A stretch of DNA of 63,974 nt, the filler included, from Craspedostauros australis (lineage: Eukaryota), in assembly GCA_030167865.1 (NCBI GenBank). It is 11 parts of 11 records of this genome, joined end to end, with 100 filler letters (N's around TTAATTAATTAA, not from the genome) between each part and the next. Parts side by side here need not be neighbours in the genome. Positions count along the whole stretch, not along the records: positions 19,986 to 43,380 come from JALAGF010004240.1; 10 more parts are not named here. One strand, written 5' to 3'. How positions within the stretch are numbered: the first letter of the stretch is position 1; each line of letters opens with the position of its first letter. The position numbers and the translations under genes are program-made. Below the pieces are notes generated by a model. That model ran no database searches. It saw only the letters and a list, made by a program, of their open reading frames with translations, and was not told the DNA's origin. Positions 19,986 to 31,421 of this stretch are shown in pieces.

Positions 19986-22900
19986 CCAGCGATGACCAGG
20001 CACAAGCGATCTTCTCCCTTCCCGCTCTTTCCCATCACTGCCTCTCCATCAACACGACATAGCACATGGCACATAGCACAAAGCACATCGCACATGGCAA
20101 ATGGGACATAGGGCGTAGAACATAGCACATAGGACGCGGCACCTCACACACCACGCACAAGACAACAACCGCCAGTGGACGGGTGACATCGTATCGAGCA
20201 TCTGTACGAGACAAACGAGACAGCCTCATGGTTCAAGCGAGGCTCAATGTCGGCATGCCATGGTGCGTGTGTCGATGGGATCGATGGATGAGCGGACTGC
20301 GCTGCTTGGCAGTTGACGAAGTTGGATGGATGATGATGGTGACTACGATGCTAGCGATGATGATGATGTATTGCAATGGAGCATGGTATTTTTCACACCT
20401 GACGATTCTCGCATGCCCAACCTTGCTTCCCCTTTGTTTGCTCGTCTGTATTTCATGCTGAGATTGCAGCGAAGGATGCGAGAGAGCCGTCAAGACTGTG
20501 CTATCCAACGTTGAAGGTAAGCAGAGAAGAACAGAACAGAGGAGAACACAGCAAAGGAGTGCTGGAGTCTCTTCGAGGATGTACGGTATGCCGGACTCTG
20601 CACAATTGCAATTGGATGCCACGTGCTCTTGGCGGTGAGGATGGATGGACAGCGCAATTCACCATGCCGTGACGACTTGTCCCACTCCACGCGGACATTA
20701 CTGGCATTGGTTGCCCCACGCCACAACGTTGCGTCGCATCCCTCAAGCTTGTGTCGGAACAGTCCCTCCAATGGCATTTCTCCCTCAAGAAAAACAACGC
20801 TGCACTATTGCAGGTGGCAGCGACGTCCCGACGGATTGGAGGACAAAGACGGTGCTGGTGGAGGCATCGGCAACGACGCCGAAGGAATTGATGCTGAAGA
20901 AGCTGCAAAAGGTGAGGCGGACGAGTCGGAAACAGAACGATGTCTCCCAATGATCGTCGTGTGAAAGCTGAGCACGTGATCGACTCAAGTTGATAGATGC
21001 GCGCGAATTGCAACAGCCCACCATGGATGGCGACGCACTCACTACTCTGCTCTACTTGTTTCACGTTTCATTCCATCTTGGTGGAGCATCGCTTGCCTGG
21101 CGTCGTCAATGCGCGTATATCCTGCCTTGCGCGTTAGTGGAGCGTTGCAAGCGGGAAGTCGGTGGAGCTGGCAGAATGAAATCTGGACAAGAAGAATAAG
21201 AATTGCGCAGTCTCCCAGTGGAGAGACGATGTGCGCCCAGTCGCACGTATGGTATGTCGATCAGACCCATGGCAGCAATGATATCCCAATCAAGGCAATG
21301 CCGCCACCATTTCGAATGTGCAAACCACAGGCAACCAATCATGTTGTATCCCATGTGTAGAGATGGGTGCATCGTGAATCCGAAGGCGGAGGAGGAAATG
21401 AAGTGTGGGAGGAATGCGACTGAGAGAAGAAACGCGATCGGTGAAATATCTCGGAATGCCGATGAATGAAATCAAAGCCGAGCTGAGGCATGCACGCATG
21501 CATGAATGCGTGGGTGGCAGAGTAGAAGCCAGCATCGACACCAGCGCCACAGGCAATGCTTGGATACGCATCCATTCCAGACTCCATACGTACACACGAT
21601 ACAACAACAATGCTCAATCACCAACGATATGATGGATTGAATTGGACTCAAGAGGAATAATAGGATGTAGTGCGAGTGTGCTACAGCCGTGATAGGCCTG
21701 AATTGGAACAAAACAAGATGCAGAAGACAGTGCAGTAGGGTATGATCTGTGTGAGTTCAGTTGAGTTGAGTTGAATTTAGTCGAATAGAGAGAGCTTGCC
21801 AATAGCGGATGGGCTCTTGTCTCGTGATACTCTGCGCCACTCGAGGACTTTGCATTCCTTGAACCAAACATGAGTAACTCGTGGACAAACTCTCGCCGAG
21901 TTGACTAGTTCGACTATTTGGCGCATCACGCGACCCAACGGACAAGGAAGACACGGGTCCACTTTCTCGCAAACCAACACCAACAACAATGCGAGACACA
22001 CACACCACCATGGCAAAAAGGTCATCGTTCTGGCCGTCCGACAAAAACCAACCAAGTCGACAGTCGAATCCATTGGCACAACGCTCCGACGCTCCCACGC
22101 TCCCACGCTCCCATCCACATTCACATTCACATTCACATCCACACTCCAGCGTTCCAAGGCAGACCCAAGGCAGACCCAAGGCAGACCCAAGCCAAAACAA
22201 GACAATGTCCTTCAATCCACCACCCCCACCGCCACCAGGCGGCGGAGGATTCCGTCCTCCACCTCCACGCGCAGCCGGTGGAGGGTTTGTGCCGCCGCAG
22301 CCTGCAGCCGGTGCGGGGTTTGCTCCTCCTCCTCCTCCAGCGGCCGGAGGGTTTGCTCCCCCTCCTCCACCGCCGCCGGGTGGCATGCAGCAGCTCAATC
22401 AGGGCATGGCCAACATGGGCTTCCAACCCAAACCACCTGGCCCACCGCAGGGGTAAGTCCAGCGTCGGCGCGCGAACATTTCTCGCGTTGCTTGGATCAC
22501 TCGTGTTCTCGAGTCATGCCGCGTTGCATTTGGCAATGCCGACCAGACATGCTTTGCGTTGCATGGTGTTGCATTGTATTCTATAATATCATGGAATGTA
22601 ATGCTTCATTGTGCTGTGTACAGGGCTTTGCTGTGCACTCATGCAAGACGTGGCACGGACATGAAGACAGGCACAACATCCCGGCATGCACGGACATGTC
22701 TGGATTGATCTGCAAAGCATGTTTCGTGTCCACCCAAAGACATATATATGTATTACAATCCATGATCTTTATTTGCCCAACTTCCTCCATCAACTCACAC
22801 TCGGATCGCTCTGCAATCGCCCTTGCAAACGCTCCTGCAACCACACCGTTGCAACCACACCGTCGCACTTCATTCATCAACGTCGACGTCTCTCTGGTGG

Positions 22901-23453
22901 ATGCCATCGGCCCAATCAATCCATCCCACGATCCCCGAATGCGTCAATGTGCACGTGGACGACGGTTACTCCAAATCAAACGCCCTCCTCGCTCAATCAT
23001 ACTCGCACTCTCTGCTTCCCTGCGCCTCTCTGTCCAATGAACAAACGACCGATGCACGCCCAACATCATCTTCGTCGCAATGACCATCCGACATGCTTCA
23101 GTTTCCACCCGCCTCCGCCACCAGGGCCAGGAGCGGGCCCAGGACAAGCACCGCCACCACCAGGGCCACCGCGTGCTGGCATGTTTCAACCACCGCCCCC
23201 TGGCGCTCCCCAGCAACCCATGTCGGCACCGCCTCCTCCGGGACCACCGATGCAAGCAGGCGCACCAGCGCAACCTCCAGGTGGTCAATTTTATCCGCAG
23301 GCGCCCAACCAGGGACAGATGAACCGATCCGCTCCACCGCCAGGACCAGGCGCGGCAGCGGGCGGACAGGGTGCGCCCACACCATTCCAGGAGAACATCG
23401 ACTTCAGCATCCAAATCCCGGATCGTCTGTGCCGTTTCAGCTGCTCCAAGATC
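19986..23453. repeat. 3468-bp segment repeated at 43481-46948
   Basis: Identical ORF set at offset 23495. Identity ends abruptly after ...ctccaagatc. Confidence 0.95.
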
Positions 23454-26430
23454 CCGCAGACGGCGGGGCTGGCATCGTCGACCAAGCTGCCCCTCGGTGG
23501 TGTCCTGCGACCGTTGGCACCATGCGCCAACGAGGATGACGACGTCCCCATCGTGCAGCCAGGCAGCGCGGGCATCATCCGCTGCAAGAGATGCCGCACC
23601 TACATCAACGCCTTCGTGCACTGGACGGAGCAGGGACGCAGATGGCGATGCAACATCTGCGGGCAGCACAACGAAACGCCGGCCGCTTACTTTTGCCATC
23701 TCGACGAGAAGGGATTGCGCCGCGACCGATTGGAACGCCCGGAGCTGAGCCAGGGTGCCGTGGAGTTCATCGCGCCAGCCGAGTACATGGTGCGCCCACC
23801 TCAGGAACCGTCCTACTTCTTCGTCATCGACGTCAGCGCCACGGCTGTGCGCAGCGGAATGCTCACAAGCACGGCCAACGCCATCCGCCAGTCTCTCGAT
23901 AACCTCCCGGGCGGCGGGCGCACCAAGATCGGATTCATCACGTTCGACAACTCCGTCCATTACTACAACCTCGATCCCGATCTCAACCAGCCGCAGATGA
24001 TGGTCGTCAGTGACCTCAATGAGCTCTTCGTTCCCCTCCCGACCCACCTCCTCGTCAACCTCAAGGAATCTCGCTCCGTCGTCGAATCCTTCCTCGACGC
24101 GCTCCCGGAGATGTTCGCCAAGAGACCCGTCGTGTCGCAAAGCTGCCTGGGTCCGGCTCTCAAGGCAGCCTTCACAGTCATGAAGCAGGTCGGTGGCAAG
24201 ATGTGCGTCTTCCAATCCATCATGCCGAACCTTGGCGACGGTGCCCTCAAGCCGCGTGAGAATCCGGGGCTCATGGGAACACCCAACGAGGTCAAGATCC
24301 TGAGACCGGCAAACACGTGGTACAAGGACACAGCCGTCGAATTCAGCAGGCAGCAGATCAGCGTCGACATGTTCCTCTTCCCGTACCAGTACATGGACCT
24401 CGCGGCGCTGGGCGAGCTGCCCAAGCTCACCGACGGCTCCCTCCATTCCTACGTCTCCTACACTCCCCAGCGCGATGCCAAGCGCTTCGAGCAGCAGCTC
24501 AACAAGACGTTGGTGCAGCACACAGCATTCGAAGCCGTTATGCGTATCCGCTGCACCAAGGGGATGCGCATCACCAACTTCTACGGAAACTTCAACATCC
24601 GCGGAACAGATCTCATGGCCCTCCCCAACGTCAACACGGAGAGCGTCTTCGCCTTCGACCTGGTGCACGACGAGCAGACCGTCACGTCCAACTACGTCAC
24701 AGTCCAGGCTGCCCTGCTGTACACCAGCAGCAACGGCCAGCGCCGCATCCGCGTCATGACGCAGGCGTTGGCTGTCACGTCGTTGACGTCAGAGGCGGTC
24801 GCTGGGATGGATCCGATGGCCACCTGCAGTCTCCTGTCCAAGCAAGGCGTGGACGTCGGCATCAAGACCAGCCTGGACAATGCCCGCATGCGCATGCAGC
24901 AGGCCTGTGTTGACATGATCCGCGCATCGAAGGGCGGCGACAAACGCACCGTGTCGGGGTACACCGTCCCGCAGCAAGCTCCCGGAGCGCAGAACGGGCC
25001 CGAGGATGATGGAACGCTGCCGCCCAACTTTGAGCTGCTGCCATTGTACACGCTCGCCATGATGAAGAACGTCGGTTTTCGCGGTGGTACCGACGTGCAT
25101 CCCGATGAACGTGTGCAGGCGCACCATCAGATCACCACCATGTGGGTCGACCAGTCCAAGCAGTTCCTCTACCCACGCCTGTTTGCGTTGCACACGATGG
25201 ATCAGAGTGCCGGCACGTCCATCGAGGACGTGCGCGACGATGATGATGTGGCCGGCCGTGCCAACATCCTCCTTCCGCAGGTCGTGCCGCTGACTGTCAA
25301 CAACCTGTCCAGCGACGGCATCTACCTCCTCGACAACGGCGTGGACATGTACATCTGGGTGGGCCGTTCCGCTCATCCAGGTTTGGTCAGCGCACTCTTC
25401 GGACTTCACTCCTTGGAAGGTGTCGACACGAACCAGGTCGTCGTCCAGACAGACGGCGATGAATTCGCCACGCGCGTTGGCGCCATCATGCACGCGCTGC
25501 GAGAGGACATCGCGGATCCGTACACGGTGAATGCCAAGGTGCAGATCGTGCGCGAAGGCGATGCCCACATGGAGGGTCGGTTCTTCTGGTTCTTCGTTGA
25601 GGATCCGGCTTCGTTCCAGGGCGGCACCTTCTCGTACGACGATTTCATGCAGTTCGTGCAGAGTTCTGGCAACGGAGGCGCGGCTCCACCAGGTGCGCCA
25701 CGAGGACAGCCTCAGATGCGCGGAGGACCAGGTCGTGGCGCACCACGCGGCCCGATGCCACCGCAACCGATGGGAATGGGTGGGCCGCCTGCGCCACGGC
25801 CACCCATGGGCGGAGGACCGCCGCCCGCTCCAATGCCACCGCAGCCAATGATGCGCGGAGGGCCAGGTCGTGGCGCACCGCCGCCGCCAGGTGCGATGGG
25901 TATGGGTATGGGTGGACCACCACCCCCAGGACCACCGCGAGGATTGGCAGGGCCTCCACCTGCCATGGGTGGACCTCCGCCACCGATGGCGCGCTCTGCA
26001 CCTCCGCCACCAGGTCCACCACGAGGGTAAGTACCATGTCTATGCAGCAGCCAGTTCGATTGGATTCATTGTTTCTATCAAACATCTCACAACATTCTTT
26101 CTTCTTCTTCTTGCAGGATGGCGCCGCCACCTCCACCGCAATACAGGGCACCTCCAGGTCCTCCCATGGGCGGTGGACCACCACCGCCTCCTCCGCCGCC
26201 AGCCGGACACAGACCTCCTCCACCAGGTCCACCACGAGGGTGAGTTCATATTCGTCCAGAATATGGTATCTGATTGGATGCAATGCATGGTTGTGATGCG
26301 GCGCGCTCCGTGATGTTGGATTCGACTGGATTTTGATGTTCTAACCCCCTTGTTTTCTCTTTCACTCGATTCGCCACAACTCGAATGCAACAACAGAATG
26401 CCGCCACCTCCGCCGCCGCAGTACCGCTAA
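22205..26430 (+). CDS. SEC24: COPII coat subunit Sec24; exons 22205-22452, 23102-26026, 26117-26239, 26397-26430
   Basis: Zn finger RCKRCRTYIN..WRCNIC, EFIAPAEYMVRPPQ, FFVIDVS, FEAVMRIRCTKG, QAALLYTSSNGQRRIRV and gelsolin-like GIYLLDNG. Three GT..AG introns, all phase 2 and frame-consistent; ctaac branch site at 26341. Confidence 0.95.
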
Positions 26431-26847
26431 GTCCCGGAAGAGCAACAGCAATGCCTCAATCGCAACCCTGGTGTGGCTGCGAGGACTCTGCCTGCTCTGC
26501 ACATTCTTCAGAGTGCGTCTTCGCTCCGTGGCGAAGGGCAACCCATCGGCTGTCGTCAAGCGACAGCGGAGCAACAGTAACATTGTTAAAACAAACAGCA
26601 CACACCATTCGTAGTCCAAAGAACTTATCACCTGACTTCCACCACACTCAGGACTTCATACTCTCAAGTGCACTTGGCGCATCACGAGTGTGTATGGGAT
26701 GTTTCGAGAGACTTTATCATTACATTAACTCGTAGATTCCTAGTCGTGCCATAATTACTACTAGACGACAGAGTGGAGTATTTGCACACACATGCACACG
26801 CCCATCCATCTGTGTTCTTTCTTCATTGCCTGCTTGCTGGCTTCCGT

Positions 26848-29277
26848 CTACGCGCTGAGATGCCGATCCGGCACAGTGAAGTAGGTGATGACCACCGCCA
26901 CGGCTGCCAGGGTGGAACAGATGAGCATGACGGAATCGTCGCCCCATTCTTCGGCGATCGGTTCGAACAGAGTCGCACCACACAGCGCACCCAGCTTCCC
27001 GGCCGCTGCGCTGAGACCGTTCAACGTCGAGCGGCATTCCGGGCCGTACATGAGAGACGGCAGGATGAAGGTTGTCGTGTTGGGTCCGTAATTGGCAAAG
27101 AAGAACGTCAGCCCGTACAGAATCACAAGCAGCGCCGGTGTGTGGCGCAAGTAATTCCAGTTGAAACCGATAGAGAAGTAGAGGACGCCGACAGAAGCGA
27201 AGCCTTGCAGCATGACGTACCGTGGCGTTTGCGTTGTGATCTTGCAGCACGCGGGTAGCCATTTGCCGGATTTGTTGTTGGACGATTGTTGCGTCGGGGC
27301 GGACAATTCTTGCTGCTGCAACGAAGGCAAGGATAGGGTGGACTCGATGATTCCATCGGATGACAGCGACGGCCCCATGCTGTCGTCGCCGTGGCCTGAT
27401 CTTGTCGTTGCATTGTCGGATGATCCCAGCATCATGCTCGCCACGAAGTATCCAGGCAACGCGATGCCGTTCAAGAGCAGGGATTGGATGGCGGTCTGCC
27501 GAATATCTTGCGTCGTGCCATGTTCGTGCGAGCCGCCGAATGCTGCTTGCACCACGACGGGTTGAAAGAGCGCGTTGCCGTAGAAGAAGACATCGAACAA
27601 GAACCACGTGCCGGCCGTGCCAATGAACTTGCGAAAGAGGTGTGGTTCGTGACGGATGGAATTCCACCATCCACGCGATGGAGCTTCGTCGTCGTCTGTT
27701 CGCAAGATGCCGTCTTCCATATTGTCGTCGTCATTGTCGTCTTGTGCGATGGGTTCCATGTGCGCATTGCGATACAATCGCAATTGGATGATCATGAGCA
27801 GCAGCCCTGGGACGGCACCGAGCGCCAACACCAATCGCCACACCAAGTTTTGGTTGTGCGGAAAGATGTAGAGAAGCGCCGTCGTGACCAACGGCACGCT
27901 GATGAAACCGATGCCCTGCATGCTGAATGTCAATACGATGCGTTCGATGCTGGAGCTGGACGACGATTGGTTGCCTTGTTCGGCACTGAGAACTGCCGCC
28001 AACGGATAGACGCCACCCGCACCGACGCCCAACACGAACCTCCAAATGGCCAGCGTCCAATAAAACCTTTGGATGGCTTGATCGTCGTCGTCTTCTGTGA
28101 CGGACCGCGAGATACTCGTGGCATCGTCGAGATGAAATGTGGCGTCGTGCCGCGGCAACGCAATAGAAGCGCACGCGATGCTGGCGAGGATCTGCAGCAG
28201 CATGACGCAGCGCAGGGCCTGCAGTCGTCCGATGACGTCGCCCAACGTGCCGCCCACGATCTGTCCGAAGATCATGCCCGCCAGCAACGCGCTGGCCGAC
28301 GCGGCGGCGTCTGCGGACGAGGTTTCCTGGCCGTATCTGGATTGGATGACGTTCTCCAGGATGAGCAGGACGAGGGAGATGTTGACGACGTTGTAGCTGG
28401 TGGAGAAGTTGGAGAGCATGGCGATGATCTGGTGCGGGTTGTTGTACCATCTGTCGATGCTGGTGTTGTTCATGTTGGCAATCGCGCGCTCATTGTTGTC
28501 GCTGTTGTTGTGGTTGCTCGTGCCATGATCGCCGAGATCGCTGTCCGCATGGTCATCAAGGCCCAAGGTTGTGGTCGTCAGCGAAGATTGTGAGGGATCG
28601 GAGCGGCTCAAGGATGGTGCAGAGTGACCGTTCAATCCACTCGTGTTTGCGGTCCTCCCGATTCCCGCAGGCATCTCCGAATGGACGTTGCTGTTGTTGT
28701 CGTGAGTGTTGGTGTTGCTGTGCGTTGTGCTCATCTTTTGGACGTTGACGCTGTCGTGGAAGAGGCTGTGCTGGAATCGAAAGTTGACGGCTTTGTTGGC
28801 GTTGCCGTTGCCATTGGCTTTTGCGTCATCCGAATCTTCGGTTGGTGCTTGATCGTAGTTGAAGCTGTGGCTGTTCTTGCATCGAATTGTGGCCAAGTGG
28901 GAGATGCTCCTCAGGCTCATGTTCTGCTGATTGTTGTTGTTGTTGCTATTGCTGTTGTTTGCGGTTGGACCTGTGATGGACAACAACAGAGGCGTGTTCT
29001 CTGACGCAACGAGATGCGATGATGCTCTCTGCGCAGATTCCCGTGTTTGTGCACTGTGGGTTTCGTTGCGCTTGTCGCTGCCGTACAAACACTCGTACTC
29101 GCGCGCTGCTGGGTCTCCGAGTCGTTGATGTGAGAGTTCTTTGTTGGTTTTTGCGCCGTTCGCGAAGACTGTTGACGCAAGTGTAGAAAAGAATGTGTTA
29201 GTTCTCGCTGTCTCTGTCACAAAGTCCTCTTGTCTTGACGAAGGCAACGACCGATTCCCGTTGTCCACCAAGATCAT
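26848..29277 (-). CDS. MFS inorganic phosphate transporter (PHO84/PHT1-like) with long low-complexity N-terminus
   Basis: GTLGDVIGR, WRFVLGVGAGGVYPLAAVLSAE, GTAGTWFLFDVFFYGNALFQ and FFFANYGPNTTTFILP...RSTLNGLSAAAGKLGA. Multiple TM helices. First ATG at 29277. Confidence 0.88.
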   Translation of the reverse strand: MILVDNGNRSLPSSRQEDFVTETARTNTFFSTLASTVFANGAKTNKELSHQRLGDPAAREYECLYGSDKRNETHSAQTRESAQRASSHLVASENTPLLLSITGPTANNSNSNNNNNQQNMSLRSISHLATIRCKNSHSFNYDQAPTEDSDDAKANGNGNANKAVNFRFQHSLFHDSVNVQKMSTTHSNTNTHDNNSNVHSEMPAGIGRTANTSGLNGHSAPSLSRSDPSQSSLTTTTLGLDDHADSDLGDHGTSNHNNSDNNERAIANMNNTSIDRWYNNPHQIIAMLSNFSTSYNVVNISLVLLILENVIQSRYGQETSSADAAASASALLAGMIFGQIVGGTLGDVIGRLQALRCVMLLQILASIACASIALPRHDATFHLDDATSISRSVTEDDDDQAIQRFYWTLAIWRFVLGVGAGGVYPLAAVLSAEQGNQSSSSSSIERIVLTFSMQGIGFISVPLVTTALLYIFPHNQNLVWRLVLALGAVPGLLLMIIQLRLYRNAHMEPIAQDDNDDDNMEDGILRTDDDEAPSRGWWNSIRHEPHLFRKFIGTAGTWFLFDVFFYGNALFQPVVVQAAFGGSHEHGTTQDIRQTAIQSLLLNGIALPGYFVASMMLGSSDNATTRSGHGDDSMGPSLSSDGIIESTLSLPSLQQQELSAPTQQSSNNKSGKWLPACCKITTQTPRYVMLQGFASVGVLYFSIGFNWNYLRHTPALLVILYGLTFFFANYGPNTTTFILPSLMYGPECRSTLNGLSAAAGKLGALCGATLFEPIAEEWGDDSVMLICSTLAAVAVVITYFTVPDRHLSA

Positions 29278-29305
29278 GTTGGGCAAAGTGCTCGTATGCG
29301 AATGC

Positions 29306-29390
29306 GTTGTGTTGTGTTGTGTTGTGTTGTGTTGTGTTGTGTTGTGTTGTGTTGTGTTGTGTTGTGTTGTGTTGTGTTGTGTTGTGTTGT
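29306..29390. repeat. (GTTGT)17 pentanucleotide microsatellite
   Basis: Direct reading; lies just upstream of the transporter start. Confidence 0.95.
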
Positions 29391-30188
29391 AATGGAGTCA
29401 AGTCAAGTCAAGTGAAATGGGATGAGCTGCTTTGCTTTACTTTACTTTGCGTTGCGTTGCTTTGCGCTGCTTTGCTTTTTGTGATCACGATAGAGAGCGA
29501 GCAAGCAAGCATCGAACAGGCACGACCTTTGCACTCAAAGCACGTTGGAAAACAGCGATGGCGTCGACGTTTGCTTTCCACCTTGACAAGTCACCACACA
29601 TACGACTACAAGCAACCACGCATCTACTCGTCTCCGCTCACCTCACAACTCACCACGTCGCGCAACCTCGCATCCTTGCTTCCCAAGGGCGAAAGACCAA
29701 GACCTCACAATTCAACGAGCAACGAACCTCACAACTTTCACGAAGTGGCATGGTACTAAACGCCCCGCCATTGTTCTAATTTTCTCAGATTCGATGCAGA
29801 TTCTACAGATTCATACGGGTACAATCGGGCTGACGTGTCACATGTCATTCGCAAAAGAATTGTCACAGCACAAAAGGGAGAACCCGTTTGATTCGATTGA
29901 CTACTCTGCGTACAAAGGAAATAACGGACACAATCCTGGAAAATGAGATCGTGACCTTTCGGACAGATCAATTAACACGAACACGAACAATACCGACGTG
30001 GCACAATGCCAAGTGCGACAATCGAAGAAGAACACGCCACGCGGCAAGCAAGAAGAACACAACAATGAAGCGCGTCCGACCAACAGTTTGAATAGAGCGG
30101 TCGTCGCATGCACACTTCGGTCGTATCCGCAACTATACTCCTATGCTCGGACGACAACAAGCAAAGCAACAACAACAACAACGGCAAC

Positions 30189-31175
30189 ATGACAAGCAAC
30201 GCAGTGGAAGACGAAAAGGAGCTGCTGTCGCGGCTCACGTCGCAGTTCGGCGACATGGATCTGTCGAACCTCCTCAATGATGGCAATAACGATGGCAAAG
30301 ATGACGATGCGGAAAGCGAGGAGAGCTCGTTGATGGAGCCATCTGCGGAGGAGCTGCGGGCCTGGCAGCAGGCGCAGTTCAGCGCTGGCAAGGCCAAGAA
30401 GCAGCAGCAGAAGAAGCTCACGAGGTTGCAGCAGCATCGCCAAACGGACGACGAGTGGGAGCACGTTCCCGCGCTGCCCGATCTGCAGGGCAAGTCGTCG
30501 ATCTTCCTCACGACGCCAGCCTTGCAGCACCAGCTCGTGCACGAGGATCCCGGCATCCTGTCGGCCGCTTGGCAATGTCTCTACTCGTCGCAGCAAGGCG
30601 ATGGCTTGTCCTATGCGCGGTTGCGCCATTGCATCGACGGCTACGATGGTCCCAGCGTCACCATGTTCAGCACCGGTGCTGCCACTACGATCGGCCTCTA
30701 CCTCGCAACGTCGTGGCAATCCACGAAGCAATGCGCGAAGACCAACGACTGCTTCGTCTTCACCATCCGCGATGGCATCCTCCAAGTATTCCCATCCACC
30801 CATCTTGACCACGAACTTGTGCGATGCACGCACGACGATGGCATCCGCATCGGCGGCATGCATAATCAATCGCGCATTCATATCACCGAGACGCTGGAAG
30901 ATTGTCGGGCCTTGCCATTCTGCGGGACGTTTCGGGATGGCGATCTCTTGCCGATGCGCGACGATTCGCTCTACTATTTCGACGTCGATGCCATTGAGGT
31001 TTGGGGGGTCGGCGGCATCGAATGGATCCAACATGCCTTGGATATGCAGCAGCGCGATCGAGCGGCCGTGCAGGCGCGGCGGAACAACAATCTGCTGCAC
31101 GAAAAGAAGCAGCTGCTAGAGGATTTCCGGTCGGGGTTGTTTTCGTCCAAGTATGTTCGGTGTGACGTTGAATGA
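30189..31175 (+). CDS. TLDc-domain protein
   Basis: WQCLYSSQQGDGLSYARL..IDGYDGPSV, IGLY...W, DCFVF, GIRIGG and FDVDAIEVWGVGG. Likely start MTSNAVEDEK at 30189. Confidence 0.85.
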   Translation: MTSNAVEDEKELLSRLTSQFGDMDLSNLLNDGNNDGKDDDAESEESSLMEPSAEELRAWQQAQFSAGKAKKQQQKKLTRLQQHRQTDDEWEHVPALPDLQGKSSIFLTTPALQHQLVHEDPGILSAAWQCLYSSQQGDGLSYARLRHCIDGYDGPSVTMFSTGAATTIGLYLATSWQSTKQCAKTNDCFVFTIRDGILQVFPSTHLDHELVRCTHDDGIRIGGMHNQSRIHITETLEDCRALPFCGTFRDGDLLPMRDDSLYYFDVDAIEVWGVGGIEWIQHALDMQQRDRAAVQARRNNNLLHEKKQLLEDFRSGLFSSKYVRCDVE

Positions 31176-31421
31176 ACATGCAGTTGCTCTGTCTCTCTCT
31201 ACAGACAGCGACAGAGAGAGTGACCGCACGTGCTAATTAGCCATGCAACCACAATAGAGCATGCGCATACAATATCATACTAGCATAGCATTCCTCAGGT
31301 GTTCTGGCGAACGATACAATGGACGTTGTCATGTTTGTTTAATCGTTAGAAGAGAGTAGTTTCCTCGATGCTTCAGAGTGCCATCCGCGCACCACCCTGC
31401 CGTAATCTGATTGCATGCCAA

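Noticed and set aside
20800..21500. Exon-like scraps (GGSDVPTDWRTKTVLVE..., LGMPMNEIKAELR)
   Set aside because: Could be a decayed gene, but no coherent model or recognisable family could be built.
22686..23101. N-terminal 139 aa of the 1114-aa ORF
   Set aside because: Lies within SEC24 intron 1 (22453-23101); splice sites give a frame-consistent alternative.
22944..25766. Long minus-strand ORFs (574 and 325 aa) opposite SEC24
   Set aside because: Antisense shadows of a GC3-rich gene; no motifs.
29141..29401. CCVVL / QHNTT repeat peptides
   Set aside because: Translations of the (GTTGT)n microsatellite.
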